This document shows, in pieces, positions 13,351 through 27,829 of a DNA stretch of 64,000 nt (position 1 is the first letter of the stretch; each line of letters starts with the position of its first letter). Where the stretch lies: the NCBI GenBank assembly GCA_965202585.1, contig OZ241830.1, positions 26,412,001 to 26,476,000 on the forward strand. Reading direction: 5' to 3'. The translations under genes and the position numbers were made by a program. The notes below the pieces were generated by a model. It worked only from the letters and a program-made list of their open reading frames with translations, was not told the DNA's origin and searched no databases. The DNA is from Thalia democratica (taxonomy: Eukaryota).

Positions 13351-15224
13351 ATTTTGATTATTTTAGTAATAAATAAAATGAAATGGTGTTTTTGTTTATC
13401 AATGTGTATCTAAGATAAGATTAAATACTAATTTTAAACATTGCAAAAAGTTAAACTGACAAACAAGTAAGGCTAGAAATTAAAAAATGTACTAATCAAA
13501 TTAAATTTAGACAGTTCTAACTATTTTTTCTAAACTACAGCTTATCATTATTTTTTAAATTAGAGCAAAACTTTATTCTTTAATTTGTATGAAATCCACG
13601 TGAAATAAAATAGTTTATTTTGTATTAGTAAAGTAGTTTGTAATTGATGGAACAAAACGTGTTTTTTGGCATATTCTACTTCTTACTTAAAAAACGACAA
13701 GTTTAAAATACATAAATCAAGTATTCCTTCATATATTTTAGCCTAAATACTTTTAAGTCTACAGTATACTGCCGGATGATTTCGCTTCTTCGATAACTTT
13801 GTGTTAAAAATCCAGTTGTTTTAATTTTAATATTGAAAAGTAGTTTTACTTGAAAATAGGTGATGAAAAACACCACAAATTGAGTTTCTGTTTGTCTTGC
13901 CATCAGGTTTAGTTTAAAAAGATAAAACGTTTAAAATTAAAATACAAAATATTTTTGAAATAAATAACGTAAGAACAATACGAGCTAAAAAAACAAAAAC
14001 TATAAGTTTTAGTATTTAAGTCTAAACCTAGTTAACGCGCATTGAAAAACATAACAGTCTGCGGAAAATATGGTTCATTCCTGTCTATATTTAAGGTTTT
14101 AGCTTTTAAAAAACTAAAAACAGTTAATTGTTATCACGATTATTTATAAGTTATTAATTTGTTAGAAAAAGATAGTTTTTTATGATAAACTGACGTATTA
14201 CTAATTATAAAAACGTTTTTACTATTGTGAGTGCTACACATAAAAATATATAACTTTCACAATTTTTTTATGGCAAATATTTACGTTAAACAAACTACAC
14301 ACAACAAGAAAAATTTGTAAGATACTGCTTGACATGCCTCAAAGCAAAACGTTGTTTAAAAAGTGTATAACAAGTTAAATTTTTATGGTTAACCTTACAT
14401 TGTAATTAGCTTATAATTAAGTAACTATAGTAAAGTTGAAATAAAAAATTAAATTACCAAGCAAATACTAGGAACAAATGCGAAAACATATTAATTGGAT
14501 TATTTTTTACAAGTACTATATAGTAAACCAATCATTAATACTATAAAGGCTGCACCGCAACCTATATAACGTTTTTGGATTTGGCTAAATTTATTATAAA
14601 AATTATTTTTGGGACAGATCACTTTAAAAAAGCCCCTAAACTTAGAAATGTTTTACCAGAAATACTCTTAAGACTAGATAAAAAGCAAAGATCATTGTAT
14701 AAGGACTAAAGCTTTAAAGGTTAAATAGAAAGAATTTAAAAGACCATTTCAGTCTTTTCAGGTATAACTAAACTACAAAGATAAGTTGTTTATAGACAAA
14801 ATGTTTAGTTGTGATGATAACATTTTAATTAGACAAAATTACTATAACTGTAGTTTTAATTACTTTATATTTAAATATAATTTACGAAGTTGATAGAAAA
14901 ATCTAACAGTTTAGGATTTTAAATAGAAACATTTTTAATTTATGCTTGTAAAATTATTTTTTATTGTTTAATAAAGGATATACAATTGTTTATTTTACTT
15001 TAGCTGTTAAACTTTCAATTTCAAATTTGTTTTTTACCATAAAAAACTTCTGACCTTTTTCACAATTCAAAAGTTAAAACACTTTGTTGTTTCTAATAAG
15101 CAAATAACCTATTTTTATATATAATTAGTAACAGAACAATATAAGCCATTTGCTTTTAATAAGCAATGTACTTCTAAAAGTTTCTTTGATATTTATATTA
15201 GGTGTAAATAATTATTTTATTAAT

Positions 15225-15723
15225 CTAAATAACATCAAATATTGTGATTAAAGAATGATATTCAAAGGTATTGAAAAAGTTGCAATACATAATCAATTAG
15301 CGACAATCAATGTATACAGAATTTTCTCTTTAACGTATATTATGGTTTAATTAGCCATTATTTTTCAGCTTAAATTTTTACGTTATAAGGATTTAATACA
15401 TACCGAATGCATTTATAAATTGTTTAGTTAGGTATAACATGCGGGAATAAAAGCTTAAAAGAGCTAGGTATTATATCAGTTTTTAAAAATTAACTTATCC
15501 TGTAACTATTCTGGACATGACATTAAACTGTTTTGAGTACGACTCGATAACAAAAAGATTCTTTTTCATACACCAGATCCTTCGACGAAACTTTTTCAGC
15601 GTATTTTTTGTCGTAATAAATATTATTTCCATAAAGACTTTTACACTGAAGAACTTTTTTTAGGCAAAAAAATTGTGCTGCAAATACAAAGCTGGCTATC
15701 ATTTTGGAAAAATTTCGAAACAA
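15225..15723 (-). pseudogene. Decayed three-finger (Ly6/uPAR-like) gene, second subfamily
   Basis: ORF MFRNFSKMIASFVFAAQFFCLKKVLQC...ESFCYRVV has a hydrophobic leader and an LQC start. It is followed after stops and a frameshift by VYIDCR*LIMYCN-FFNTFEYHSLITIFDVI*, a decayed CC-x5-CN terminus. Total size is about that of a Ly6 gene. Confidence 0.4.
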
Positions 15724-16735
15724 TAATTAAAGCCAAATTTTTATGAGAAGGCCTTATGTAATTATAAACTCAGCTTAAAGTTAGAACTAAATAAAATGTA
15801 AATTTATTTTTTGCATTTTTATGTATGTTTTACTTACGCGTAGTGTTTTTTATATTTCATACAACGGTCATACCTACTAGTTAAAAATTATCTCTAGTTT
15901 TCATTCACCTTATTTTACTTAAAACCTCTTAAAAACAGTTCAAATTTTTTAATTTTAGTGTTTTGGAAGATGAATAGATAAATATTTCAAAAAATTTATA
16001 ACTAAGTATCTAAATGTTCAATGTAAGTAAAAATAGTTATTAAACGTTTTTAACATAATAACAAACTTTATTATATTTTCTTCATGACTCTTAAATAGTG
16101 CAAAGTAAACTAAAATAAAAAAGTATTTTATATTAATATTTTTTTTAATTAAAAACTAATATGTAAAAAATTTGTTTTTATTAAAAAAATATAAATATTT
16201 AATTTTAGAAAAACTATGGTAATAAAAGATAATACCATAACAAAACTGTGATTTAAAACTAAATAAAATATTTTTTCTTATATTAAAGCTACTTTTTTTT
16301 ACTCTACTTTATAACACTAAAAAGTTTTACTTTTAAAACTTTTACTTTACAAAAAAAAATAACACAATTTTTGTACTTTAAGCTCCGCAATAAACCACAT
16401 TAAACAAAATTGCAACTTACCTGTTTTTTATGTAAAGTTAAGTGCTAGCGATGCTCAATTTCGAAAATATTTAAAGAAATTTATTAAAATAACATTTTTA
16501 TTAAAAACTCTATAGCACCTTGTTAATACGTAATACTTATTGTGAAAATTAAAAGTGGTTCTTTAGTTAGTAATAAGTTTATAATAACTACAAGCGTATT
16601 TATTATTTATTTAATAATAATTGTATATAAACAGTTTTCGTGTAAATGGAGAAAAAATATGAACCAACTTTAAAGCGAGTTTTTCTTTGTTTTTTTTTAT
16701 CCTAATTCAGCATTTAGAATTTAATTACATTAATT

Positions 16736-17112
16736 ATGTTTTTAGGCTTCATTTTTGCAGTTCTTCTAGTTTTAATTGCTACGAATACAAAATTACGGAA
16801 CATTCTCTGAAGCATTAATTGTAATTTGTACAGAACTTTTCTACAATAGCAACCTGTAAAAATAATGATATTCGAAGTTGCGGAGATCAAGAAGTTTGCA
16901 AAGTAGTGGGTCGTAATTATAAAGGTTTTTGTAAAGAGCAAGGAACTTCTAAACAAGTAAAATAATGCATGAAATTTACAATAAATTGCTGTAAAAAGGA
17001 CTTTTGCAATCCTTATATTATGATTCTGAACTCTAAAGCTTGTAAATACATTACAATTAAACCCGACCTACTTAATAACGAAACTGGAGTTTTTGAATTC
17101 GACTATGAATAA
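16736..17112 (+). pseudogene. Ly6/uPAR three-finger pseudogene, same family as the three intact genes at 48-60 kb
   Basis: One frame reads FCSSSSFNCYEYKITEHSLKH*L*FVQNFSTIATCKNNDIRSCGDQEVCKVVGRNYKGFCKEQGTSKQVK*CMKFTINCCKKDFCN. This matches FCSS, CYE, CGDQxxC, GT and KFTIxCCxxDxCN of the intact genes. Three in-frame TAA stops; the ATG at 16736 is out of frame with the domain. Confidence 0.85.
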
Positions 17113-17549
17113 AACTTCACATATATAAAAATAAATTGTTTAAAGTATAAGCATATAAAAAGTAATAATATAATATATATAACATATAATAAATTAATTG
17201 TTATAGTATAACTTAATAGTATAATTAGGAAATAAATTATTCTTTTTCTCATTAAGACTTAAATGTTTACTTTAGCAATAAATGCACAAGTTATTAAGTT
17301 TTTGCAATAAGTAATTACTAGATTATTAGTGTTGTTTATGTTATCGCATTTTTAATAAACTCGGTTTTTACAAACTGATTACTACTACTAATTCAATTCA
17401 ATTTAGATCACGGAAAACTTTTAGTTATACAGTGACAGTTTAACATTTTTTAATCGACGAGTCGGATCTCCACTCCAAGGTAAGGATGCTGACCCCTACT
17501 CTATGAATTTGATTATTATTGTTTAGTTTTCATAAAAATAGCTTACCTT

Positions 17550-17800
17550 ATTTTTAACATAGTTAATTTATATTAAATATAGTACCTAGTTTTAGAGCTT
17601 ACTTCTTACAGCTAACTTTAAGTTTTTTCAGCAAAAAATAGATATCAAGTTTTTGTATCTTTTAGACATACTTTATTTAAATATCTACACTTCAAATGTC
17701 AATCAAATTCTATGATCAAACATAAAACAAATTAAAAAGTTATTTAATTTTATAAAGTTCTGATTATATTGCGTAAATAAAAAAAAATCAAGAAAATGTT
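17550..17800 (-). repeat. Possible fourth, more decayed copy of the A/B/C duplication (inverted)
   Basis: tagagcttacttcttacagctaactt resembles tagaacttacgtacttagctgtactt of copy C. aaagttctgattatattgcgtaaat resembles aaagttc..gattatacgacattgcgcaaat. Order and spacing are the same. Confidence 0.35.
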
Positions 17801-19208
17801 TATGTTTGGTATGGTAATGGTTTTAAAGTAAAATTAATAATTTTATTCAAAAATTCTTTCAATTATGAAATTTATTTAGAGCTTTAAATTTAGTTTGCGG
17901 AAGTTATAAAATAAGCTTTAAAATATTACAGTCCTAAAATATTTTGGTAATGATTTATAAATGTTTACAAAGAAGCTTAAACTTAAATGAATGTAGTGTA
18001 ATGAAACAATATATTTGTGAACTCACATAGCATAGTATTTAAGCTAAAAATAAAATTCTAAAGATCTTTGTGGTTTTTGGCGACTTTTTTCAATTTAGTA
18101 CATAAACAAAGTATTATTAATATGCTTGTAGTTCCTAAAAGCTTGCATAACAGTTCTAATTAGATTACTTCGTCTTAAACATGATTGATTTGAATTAAGT
18201 GTAGCATTTTAATATTTTGAATTTATCGGTTTATTGTAAAGCACAACTGTGATAAAAATTGTTAACTGTCAATAACTTTAGTATTTTAAATTATCTACAT
18301 AAAAAATAAGTTTGCTTGAATATACAATAAAAAGAAGGTTTTTTTTTCTCAAAAATAACATATTTTTTTAATATATGTTTCTTAGAATATAAATTAGTAG
18401 TAAATTTTATTTATATGTGTTCTGATTAAAAAGTATTAAAAAAAAACACTTGCAAAACTTAAAAAACTCAATTATAAGAATAAAAATTAATAAAAAGCCG
18501 AGTTTCGTTTAAAATTTTACCATAACGCAATACTTTTGTCATTAGGAAAAATTAAATTTAAAACTTATAATTAAACATTTTATATCTATAATGAAAACTA
18601 CAGTCTCTCTTAAAGTATTTTTTGCTTAAAGTATTAATTTACTTGGTTAGAAAAAAAAGTAAAATTTGAATTTTTTTATTTCTTTAGGCTGTTTATACAA
18701 TGACACAACAAAATGTTAAAAAAAAAAGAAAAAAATAGTGCAAGAAATGACTGTGAAGACAATTAAAAATTATATATAATTTTTAAATTTTTAAGGACAG
18801 GATATAATGTTAAGTTTTAGTGTTTATAAAATAAAAGCATTAACTTAATAGCTTAAGGCTCATTTATATCAAACTAAGTCGCTATTTCCTTTTTAAAGTT
18901 TATTCTTGAAAAAAGATGGCAATAGTTTTCAAAAAAGATTACATAAAACCAAACGAGATTATAGCTCCGAATTTTAAACTACAATAAATACTTAATAAGG
19001 TGAACTTTGTTTAAATTCACATATAGTTTTATTTAATATTTTTTTTGTATTAAGTCATCAATATATATTTTTATAAAACGTTCTTCAAACATGATTCGGT
19101 ATAACTTAAAAGCAGACATAAAAGAGAAGTTATTTAATAAACACATGCTTTAGACTTACCAAACTTTAAACCATACTTTTTATATTAAAACATAAATTTG
19201 CAGGGAGT

Positions 19209-20040
19209 GACATGTTTTAGGTTTTGTAACTAAGTTTTAATTCAACTAATGTGTTAACAAAAAGGTTGAAGTTTTACCACTGAACAAAACATTGCTATTT
19301 GAATTACCTAACATAATAAATTTTTTAGTCATATATACTTTTGAATTATAGTTTTATAAAAGACTTAAAAATTTACAAAATTCACATAAAAAAACAACAT
19401 TTTAGGCAACTTTTATGTAAGTATTCCATAAGCTAAATTTTTAAATTAATTATTTATATCTGATGTGTTAATGTTATTGAAACTTATTTATTATATTTAT
19501 AAAAACATGTTTAGTATTTAAACATATATATTGTTTTAGTTAGTGTTTCATAAAAAAAATATGATATCTGAATGTTATTCTAGTTTAGTTTATAAAAACA
19601 TAGCTTTTTTAAATGAATAAAAACAAGTAGAACATAAACCAAGAATTGATAAGTCATTTCATAATATACTTAAAGAAAATATTTTGAGTATTAATATAAC
19701 AAACAGAAGAGAATACTATGTAAACTAAAATATTAGTATGGCCATGCTGTTAATAATCAAAAATTTAAAAAACAAAAAGTAATGTTTAAAGTAATTTAAG
19801 TAAAACATAATTAAGTACTAAACAGAAAACAAAAACTTTTTAAATAAAACTATGTTCGAAAAAATGATTAATGTATTTTGTTTTATAAATTATAAACTAA
19901 AACTTTAAGTTTTACGAATTAATTATTAGGGTTAACATGTTTTTTTTTTGTGTTTTAATTAAGTTTTAATTCAACTAATGAGTTAATGAAATTACTGAAG
20001 TTTAACCACTAACAATAATTACCGTATTTAATTATCTTGA
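19209..20040 (+). repeat. Pair of ~100-bp diverged direct repeats (19209-19312 and 19934-20040)
   Basis: Both contain acatgttt...aagttttaattcaactaatg.gttaa...tgaagttt.accact; spacing ~725 bp. Confidence 0.7.
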
Positions 20041-20930
20041 ATGTTAAGATTAAAATTGATAAAATATTTTGTGTTTTAAATTAATATGAGGGTTACCAAT
20101 TTCTTTACATTTCGAGAACAATTTACGCAAGTAATTGCAGTTAGGGATCGAAGCTTATAAACGAATATAGTACATTATAATATTTGATGTTACTGTAGTT
20201 TGACATCTTCAATTAATTTTGTTTTAATTAAAGGTTTATAATATTTTGAAGTATCTTTTGTTTCAAGTAGTTTTTTAAAGGTAATATATTCACTTAGAAA
20301 GATGACAAAAAACAGTTTTATTAATCTATTTTTTTATGACAGTTAGTCTGAAAAAGTTAACTTTTAGATTAAAACATTGCAAAAGTTTAATAAAACTTAT
20401 AACAATACATATATAAAGTCAAAATTACTCATTAAAAACGTTAGGCTAATCATAAATACTAAAATTAATTAAAAAAAACTACATTTTTTTATAAAGTTGA
20501 GTTTAAAATAAGTTACAATTCTATTCTTAATTCTTAGGACAGGGACACAAACTATCATAAAAGTGCGAGCGTGAACTATCAATATAGTGAGATATATATA
20601 TTCAAGTAAAATCAACGCTGAAATAGATAAAAAATTGTAACAGAAATCGTGAAAGTTTTATTAATGAAAAATTTTCTATAAGTATGAACTGATATGACAA
20701 CTTTAATTTTTATGTCATAACTATTGAGTAAAACTCTTAACATTGTACAAATAACAGCTTAATTTTTAAACATGATTCTAACAAACAATTCTTATTTTTA
20801 AGCAAACTTTATTCATTTAAGATAATTAAAAAAAAGTTGGGTCAAAACTTTAGTGCCACAAATCTAAAGACTTGCATTTTATGACAAAATTTGTGAATTT
20901 TGAGGTTTTTGTGTCTCGTTTTGCAATAAC

Positions 20931-21170
20931 AGTTGTCAGAGTTTTAACTTTTGGAACTTGAATCGTCAGATTTCATATTATGAGTATATTATAGTATAAT
21001 ATTTCATATTCGTTGCATAAGAGTTGCCTAGTTTTAATTGTTGAACCTCAAGTTGTCGGAGTTTGAATTGTCGGAATTTGAGTTGGCCGAATTCGAGTTG
21101 TCGGAGTTTGATTTGTCCAAATTTGAACTGTCGGAATTTGATTTGTCAGAATTTGAATAGTTGTGCATCC
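20931..21170. repeat. 15-bp minisatellite (consensus agttgtcggaatttg), ~15 units in register
   Basis: Seven clear units at 21051-21155 and three degenerate units at 20931-20975, exactly 8x15 bp upstream. Ends in ttgtgcatcc. Confidence 0.85.
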
Positions 21171-24100
21171 TTGTAAAAAAGAAATTTAACTTTTCTTTTT
21201 TTTATTTTTTAATCTGTTTTTAAGTTTTAAACAACTTCGACTTGACCAAGGAAAAATGCTTTTTATCTATTAGTAAAACAAAACAAACATGAGGACCCTA
21301 GAAAAAATCTACATTTTATCCTCTAATAAGCTTTTTAAGCAAGATAGGTTTAAATAAATTCTAAAACAAAATCTTTAAATTAAGTAAATTATATTTTTGT
21401 TTTTGATAATAACAAAAAAAGACATAAAATACTGGAGCTATTTTTTATAATATATTTTGATAGAGTTCTACTTTATTGTTGTTCATTTCATTAGTCATCT
21501 TTAAATTACGAAACATGAAAAACTACTTTGTTTAGTTTTTATTAAAGCGCAAATGCGTTTTAAATTTTTGCTTAAATAGTAAGTATCTTTGAAGATTTAC
21601 TTACCTTACTTGTTTAAGTTTTTACTAGTTGATGAAATACCGTTACATGTTATAACACTAACTTATACAAATTTGTCATAAACTTGAGTGATGAAAAGTA
21701 TTCGAGTAACACAACTAACTTTTAAGGTGTTCTTAATAATAAGTTGGTTAACACAAGTTGCGTTTTTTTTTAATTTGAAAAGAGATTTAACAAGTAAAGA
21801 AATCAAAAAAAATATTACAAAGGTAATAATGGTATCGACGCATTTAGGTATTTATTAAAAAGCAACTTCATTCTAGTTATTAGACGTAGTAAGCTGATTT
21901 TTAGTTTTCAATCATAATAGAAACAATAAATTGCATATGGTTTGGTTTAGTTTGCTTAGTGTAACTTACATGTTTTGTTAACGGTTTACATTAAAAAAAC
22001 ACCCATTAAAGTGAAAAAATAAGTAAAAGTAGAAAAACTACGTTATAAAAGATATTAAATTGTAGCTTTTCTGACGTTTTATAAGTGTTTTCATTAAGCT
22101 TACAGATTAATATATCTTTACACTATCTGAAATGAATAGATTAAATAATATCAAAATAAAAACATGATCTTGTTATGATTACGTACTTAAAACTTACATT
22201 TTCTTAGACAGTACCAAATTAAAACTTGTATGCTAAATTTAAATCAAGTAAGTTCAACTATATGTCACATAATCATTATCTACTTTAGAGGTTATGTCTA
22301 GAACTTGAAAGTAATAAACACATACTATTTCTTACTTTACAAATGTATTTTAGTTGTTCGGATTATTAAAACTTTTTATATTTTAACAAAACCTAAATTT
22401 GTAGAATGTCAGTTATTTTTTGATACTATATGGGTTTTTAGAGTTAATACTTAAGCAGTAATAAACGTTTCTTCTGCTGATGAGTTTTTTTAAACGTTCG
22501 TTTTTATAGCTTTAGCTAAAGTATAAAAACTAAAATTGTGTTTTTAATTAAGTTTTTTGAATCTGAATGTTTTTTGTTTTTTTTAAGAAAATAAAAAAAT
22601 TAGTGTTTAAAAAAGTTTTAGCTGTTTGACTGCCAAATTATGTAACATCTAGATTTAGTAAATTTCGTATGTGTTTAAAAAGTATTAAAAATATTTATTT
22701 TATTATTACTTAACTTCTATTATTATAAGTTTTTTATGTTTAGCTAAGCTAAAACAACAAAATTTTGTCTACTTTAATTACTTGTACTTTGAAAATTTAT
22801 AAACAATAATGTCTTTAAATACGTTGTTACATATGTTTTTATGTTTGTTCTATTAATTACAAGTTTTCTTAAAAATTAAACTATAAAACCAGCAAACTTA
22901 AAAACTACATATATTTTTAACCTTAAAGTATTTTGATATATTAACTAAACATGTACGATTTTTTTCAATTTAAGAGCAAGCTTTTTTAAGTAACCTGAAG
23001 CCAGATTAAGTGTAAATTAATGTTATATGTAAAAACATAATATTTTTTTATAACCAGTTCTTAATAAATATAATAAAAAGAAAAGTTCATTAGAACAGAT
23101 TTCACAAAAAAGTTAAAACTTAATTTTACTGAACAAACAACACATTATACATTGCTACAATTTATGTTATAAAATACGTGAGATTAAATAGTACATGATA
23201 AAAATGACATTTGTCAAGTATGATGATTTGTACATTAAAGTAAAAAGACTACTATAAGGACCGTGTAAATATTTGTGTATAAAAACTGTTAAATTTTCTT
23301 CAACAGTTTTTACAATAAACAAATAATAAGTGTTTTAAATAAAACTTTCAACTTTATAAATCTATTCCAATAATATTTCAAATAAATTGAGCGTGACGTA
23401 CAAATTAAACTGTGTACATTATATATACAGTAAAGGCATTGATAAAATACATACTTTAAGAGGTAAGCACTTGTGTACTACACGAACTAAACCTTGAAAA
23501 AAAGTGGAATTGAAGTTTTTCTATAAACGATTTTTTCATGATATCTTTTAAAAAAAATATCAACAAAACATGATCTTAGCTTAATCATGCGTTTATGAAT
23601 TAAATGCGTATTAATTCTTGTAACTTTAATAAAAACTAGAATAGACACTTTTATTAAAAGTAGTTAGATATTAGGTTAGATAAAATATTAAACTTGAACA
23701 AAAATTTTAAGGTACGCACTTTACGAAAGATGAAAAAGTTTGTCTAGTTTCAAATTGGTTACCTTATTGATGTCCCTGCTGTATTAATCTTACTTATAAT
23801 TAAAAGCTCTCGTTTCAATGTATGTAGAGCTAGCTCCACCTTTGTTTGGCTACTTAAATTCATGAATTTTTAAGAATGACATTTTGTAAAGTTTTTACAT
23901 AAGAAATAAGTTTTACATAATCTATTATAACTTGATAACCAATTTTGTTGTTATCGTTCTTTTTTTTCGTTCTCCAGGTCCACGGATTAGTTATTTTGAG
24001 CGGTTTTTAGGTCGTTCATTAAGCAATAAAGTATAAGTTATAATTAGAAATTATTGTTATAGTAATAATCTTAGTTTGTTTTGTATTTTTAAAACAATTT

Positions 24101-27100
24101 TTTTAGCTAATTAAAGTCTTTCTTCTTTAATTGTAGTTTATAACCTTTAAACTAAGCAAAATCAAAATAAAAGTATGTTTGAAACAAAAATATATTACAA
24201 AACTAAAACGATTTACTTTGATTTAGTTGTGACAATTTAATACAGTAAAGAGTACAGCCAACTCTTTACTCTTTTTTATTTTTAATTCATTATTAATTAT
24301 GAAGATATATTCAAAACTTAAACCGTAAAGCTAATTTGCCTCAACCGTTGCTAAATACAAACTTTTTCATGCAGTTATGAACATAGCTTTATTAAATCCA
24401 GTGGCTCAAAATATTTACGTTTTGCTATTACTGATGAAAGACTAGACAAATGACGATCCAAGTTTAGAAATCATTTAGCTTACAATCGACTGTTATAAAA
24501 AAACTGTGGTGACAGCTTTGGCCATTGACACAATTTAATATGATAGCATCTTAAAAAAATTAGTTTTTGATGAATGTAAAGTTAAATAAAATAACTAATT
24601 ATTTAACAGTAGCTTACCTAATGTCTGCTGTTCATTTCTAAATTTTAAAACGATTACGCGCATTTTTGTTGTAACATTAACACCTGCGCGAAACAACTTT
24701 AAGGCAAATGTTGAAACTATTAGCACAGATGAGCTACCGTTGCACAATTACAATTATTATGTACAGTATGTTGCAATGAGACATGATTTTGAAAAAAAAT
24801 ACTCGCAAGTATTTTATGCTTCGGCACTGTTATTATTTACAATGTGATATGTTAAATAGAAAACTTTTAAGCATTTAACTTGATAAAAGGTTTTAAGATT
24901 TTTGATTTTGTCCAACAATTTTGTCCTTACGATAAAACTTTGTTAAAATGTAGTCTTTCGAAAAGCTCTATCTAAAGGTCGCACTTATTTTATAAAAAAG
25001 AAAATAAACTGATTTTTAGTAATTTATAGGAAAATTTGAACTAAGATTTTGTAACAGTTATTTTCTTAATGATATCAGTGCTTTGTATAAATAGAAAATA
25101 TAGTTCCAACTGTTAACTGAAAATGGGTATTGTAATATAGTTTAATTTCGTAAAACTTTTATTATTTTTAATTTTTGTTAGGTATATTTTTCTGTATTGA
25201 ATTTTTTTATCTGACTTTTTACTATATCTCGTGAACAACTAAGTTAAATACTCTTTTGTTAACGTCATAATTAAAACGAGTGCAATGCAAGCTGTTTTTC
25301 GAATTAGTTTTATTTATAAGACCTTTGTTTTGCAACAACATTAAAGTGAAGGTCTTTTTTAATAAAAACTTAAAACTTTTCTGACACTTTCATTAAAGTG
25401 TAAAGGCGTTGTCTCTAATATCTATTTATTCAAATTTAAATGTAAAGTAGCTTTGTAGTGGCAGTAGCGAGTACGACTTGCCCGATCTTTATCTCGCTAA
25501 AACGCTGTTTGGTGAAGTTATTTGATTTTGTTCTATGTAAATTAAATTTTGAGGGAGTAGCGTGCAAAATGCACATCACAGTTTTTACGTAATGCACAAA
25601 AATACATTTTGAAACAACTGTTTTGAAGTTAAAAGTCCACTGTTTTCAAAAAGTATCGTAAGTTTGATTGTGTAATATATACAAAAAGAGTAACATTTAA
25701 TTTTTGTTCATCGAATCGTAAGTTACACAACAAGTAAAAAATAAACTAAATAAAAATAAACACTTTTTTTATTTGATTTTATGATTGAGACTAATCTTAT
25801 ATAAAAACTTCTTTTAAATCAAATGCTATAAAGGTTTACCATTTATAAAAAATGATTTAATGAAAAAGTTCGTCTTCACAAAAATAAAAAGTTTTGAATG
25901 CAAAGCAAGTTACATATCATGTTAAACTAAATTTTCTAAGTACTTACATGATACTTTATCTTTAAAATTTTACTCAAACAAACAGAAAACAAAATCTAAG
26001 TGGTTTTCCTTAAAAAACTTTCCGTACAAGAATTCGAACTAACTTTTCTTATTTTATTTAGTCGTAAAGCTTTTTTTAAGGCAGTTTTGATATTAATCAT
26101 AACTATTTACATGTTATAAATGTTTCTGTATTAATGTTACCACCCAAACACAATTAAACAGCCGAGCACAAAAATGCTTGAGGCTAATGTTGATAAATGT
26201 GTTTTGTATACTGCAAGTAGCTAGATGTGTGTTAAAACATTAATCACAAACAATTCATCGTGTATTAAAAATCTTACTCAATCTGATGAGCTCAAATAGA
26301 AAAATAGTTATTATTTTCTAACTAAGAAAATTTTAAACTAAAGACAAAGAATACTAGGAACTTCTACGGCTATCTAAGTATTCGAAAAATTCTGTTTAAA
26401 CTTAAATACTTTACAAGACTTTTTGTACTTAATATATAGCAGAGCGTAATAAAAAGTACGACTTATTCTAATCTTTACATAGGTTAAATCAAAAATTTTT
26501 ACATTAAAAGTGTATAAATGACACGATTAGAAATAAAATATTAGTTTTTAATTAAATAAACAAAATCAAAATTTTTATCTATGAGTGTTTTTGACATATA
26601 AGTTTTTTCAAAAACGAAGTATAAAGTATAAAAAGGGTTCTTTAACTGACAGTAAAAGTCATTTTAATACTTTAAACTAGGTGTAAAAAAACTTAAGGTT
26701 TTACTAAAGCATTTAAAACAAAACTTTTATCTACTAAAAATTTATCTACTGTTATGAATTTTTTTTAAAAACTTCGTAAAAGTAATTTTTTTCACAGTTT
26801 TTGTATAAGTAATTTATGATTAGTTGTAGAACAAAAAAAAAGTTGCTTATATTTTTAGTATTTTTTTAATACACTTTAGGGAAAAAAGAATCCTATTATT
26901 TAAATATCTACGAGTTTTTTTTTATTAACATGTAACACTAGCTACACAAGAAGTTAACTTCTACAGAAAACAATACAAGTTAAGTCAAGTACTTTTACAA
27001 AAAGTTCAGACTTTTTTCGAAAAGTCTTATATTCAAGCAACATGTAAAAACTTGTTTTGTATAAAAAGGCATTACAAATTGACTAAAACCTTGTTAAGAT

Positions 27101-27829
27101 AAAGATTTGTGGCAAGAATGACATTACATCTCGTGCTTTTAAACATATAGCTGTTGGTTTTAAATTTATATCGATGTATATATATATACACATGTATTTA
27201 TTTGTTTTATTAAACTTAATAACTTTTTATTAACTGACAGTTATAGCCGGCTTTAGGTGTTTATGTCTCTGTATGGTTTTCTTTTTGACAGCTAAATTGC
27301 ATTTTAGTTTATAATACTTCAATCCAAACTTTTAATAATTTAAATTAGATCAAAAACATTTTAAATCAAAACTTAAGTCATCTACAAGTTTAGTTTTCAC
27401 TTCGAGTTTAAAAAAAACTTTTTAATTAACTATTGGGTTTATATTAAAGGCTTTTACGATACTTTTTTATACTTAATTTCAGGATGAAAAAAGCAGTTAT
27501 TTTATTTTATGATATTTGTGATAGTTTTTAGTGACAATAGAGTCAGGTAATTTACATAACTACTAGCTATTTCATGTAATTGAAATTTTTTATTGTGTAG
27601 CTAATTACATTAGTAAGTAATTACTGCGAGATACCACATAATCTAACAACTAATATTTTTGTGCCAAACGTCCAAAAGTCGAAAATTCAAGCCACATACG
27701 GTTTTACACTAAATTACTAAAGTCTAACTAAATAAAGACGAAAACCGGATGAAGATCTTCAAGAACAACATCGTGTGTAATTTTAAAAAATGGGTGTGGG
27801 CTCCGAACTAATATGTATTCATAAAAACT

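Noticed and set aside
21030-21160. Minus-strand Ser/Asn/Asp-rich frame (SNSDK/SNSDN repeats)
   Set aside because: A by-product of a 15-bp unit being a multiple of 3. No start codon or splice context, and a stop follows immediately.
6484-21170. Short tandem arrays as CRISPR-like loci
   Set aside because: Units are contiguous with no unique spacers, there are no cas genes, and the context is eukaryotic.
24244-24270. 10-bp perfect hairpin agtaaagagt/actctttact
   Set aside because: Single, AT-rich and without associated features. Plausible by chance or local slippage in 64 kb.
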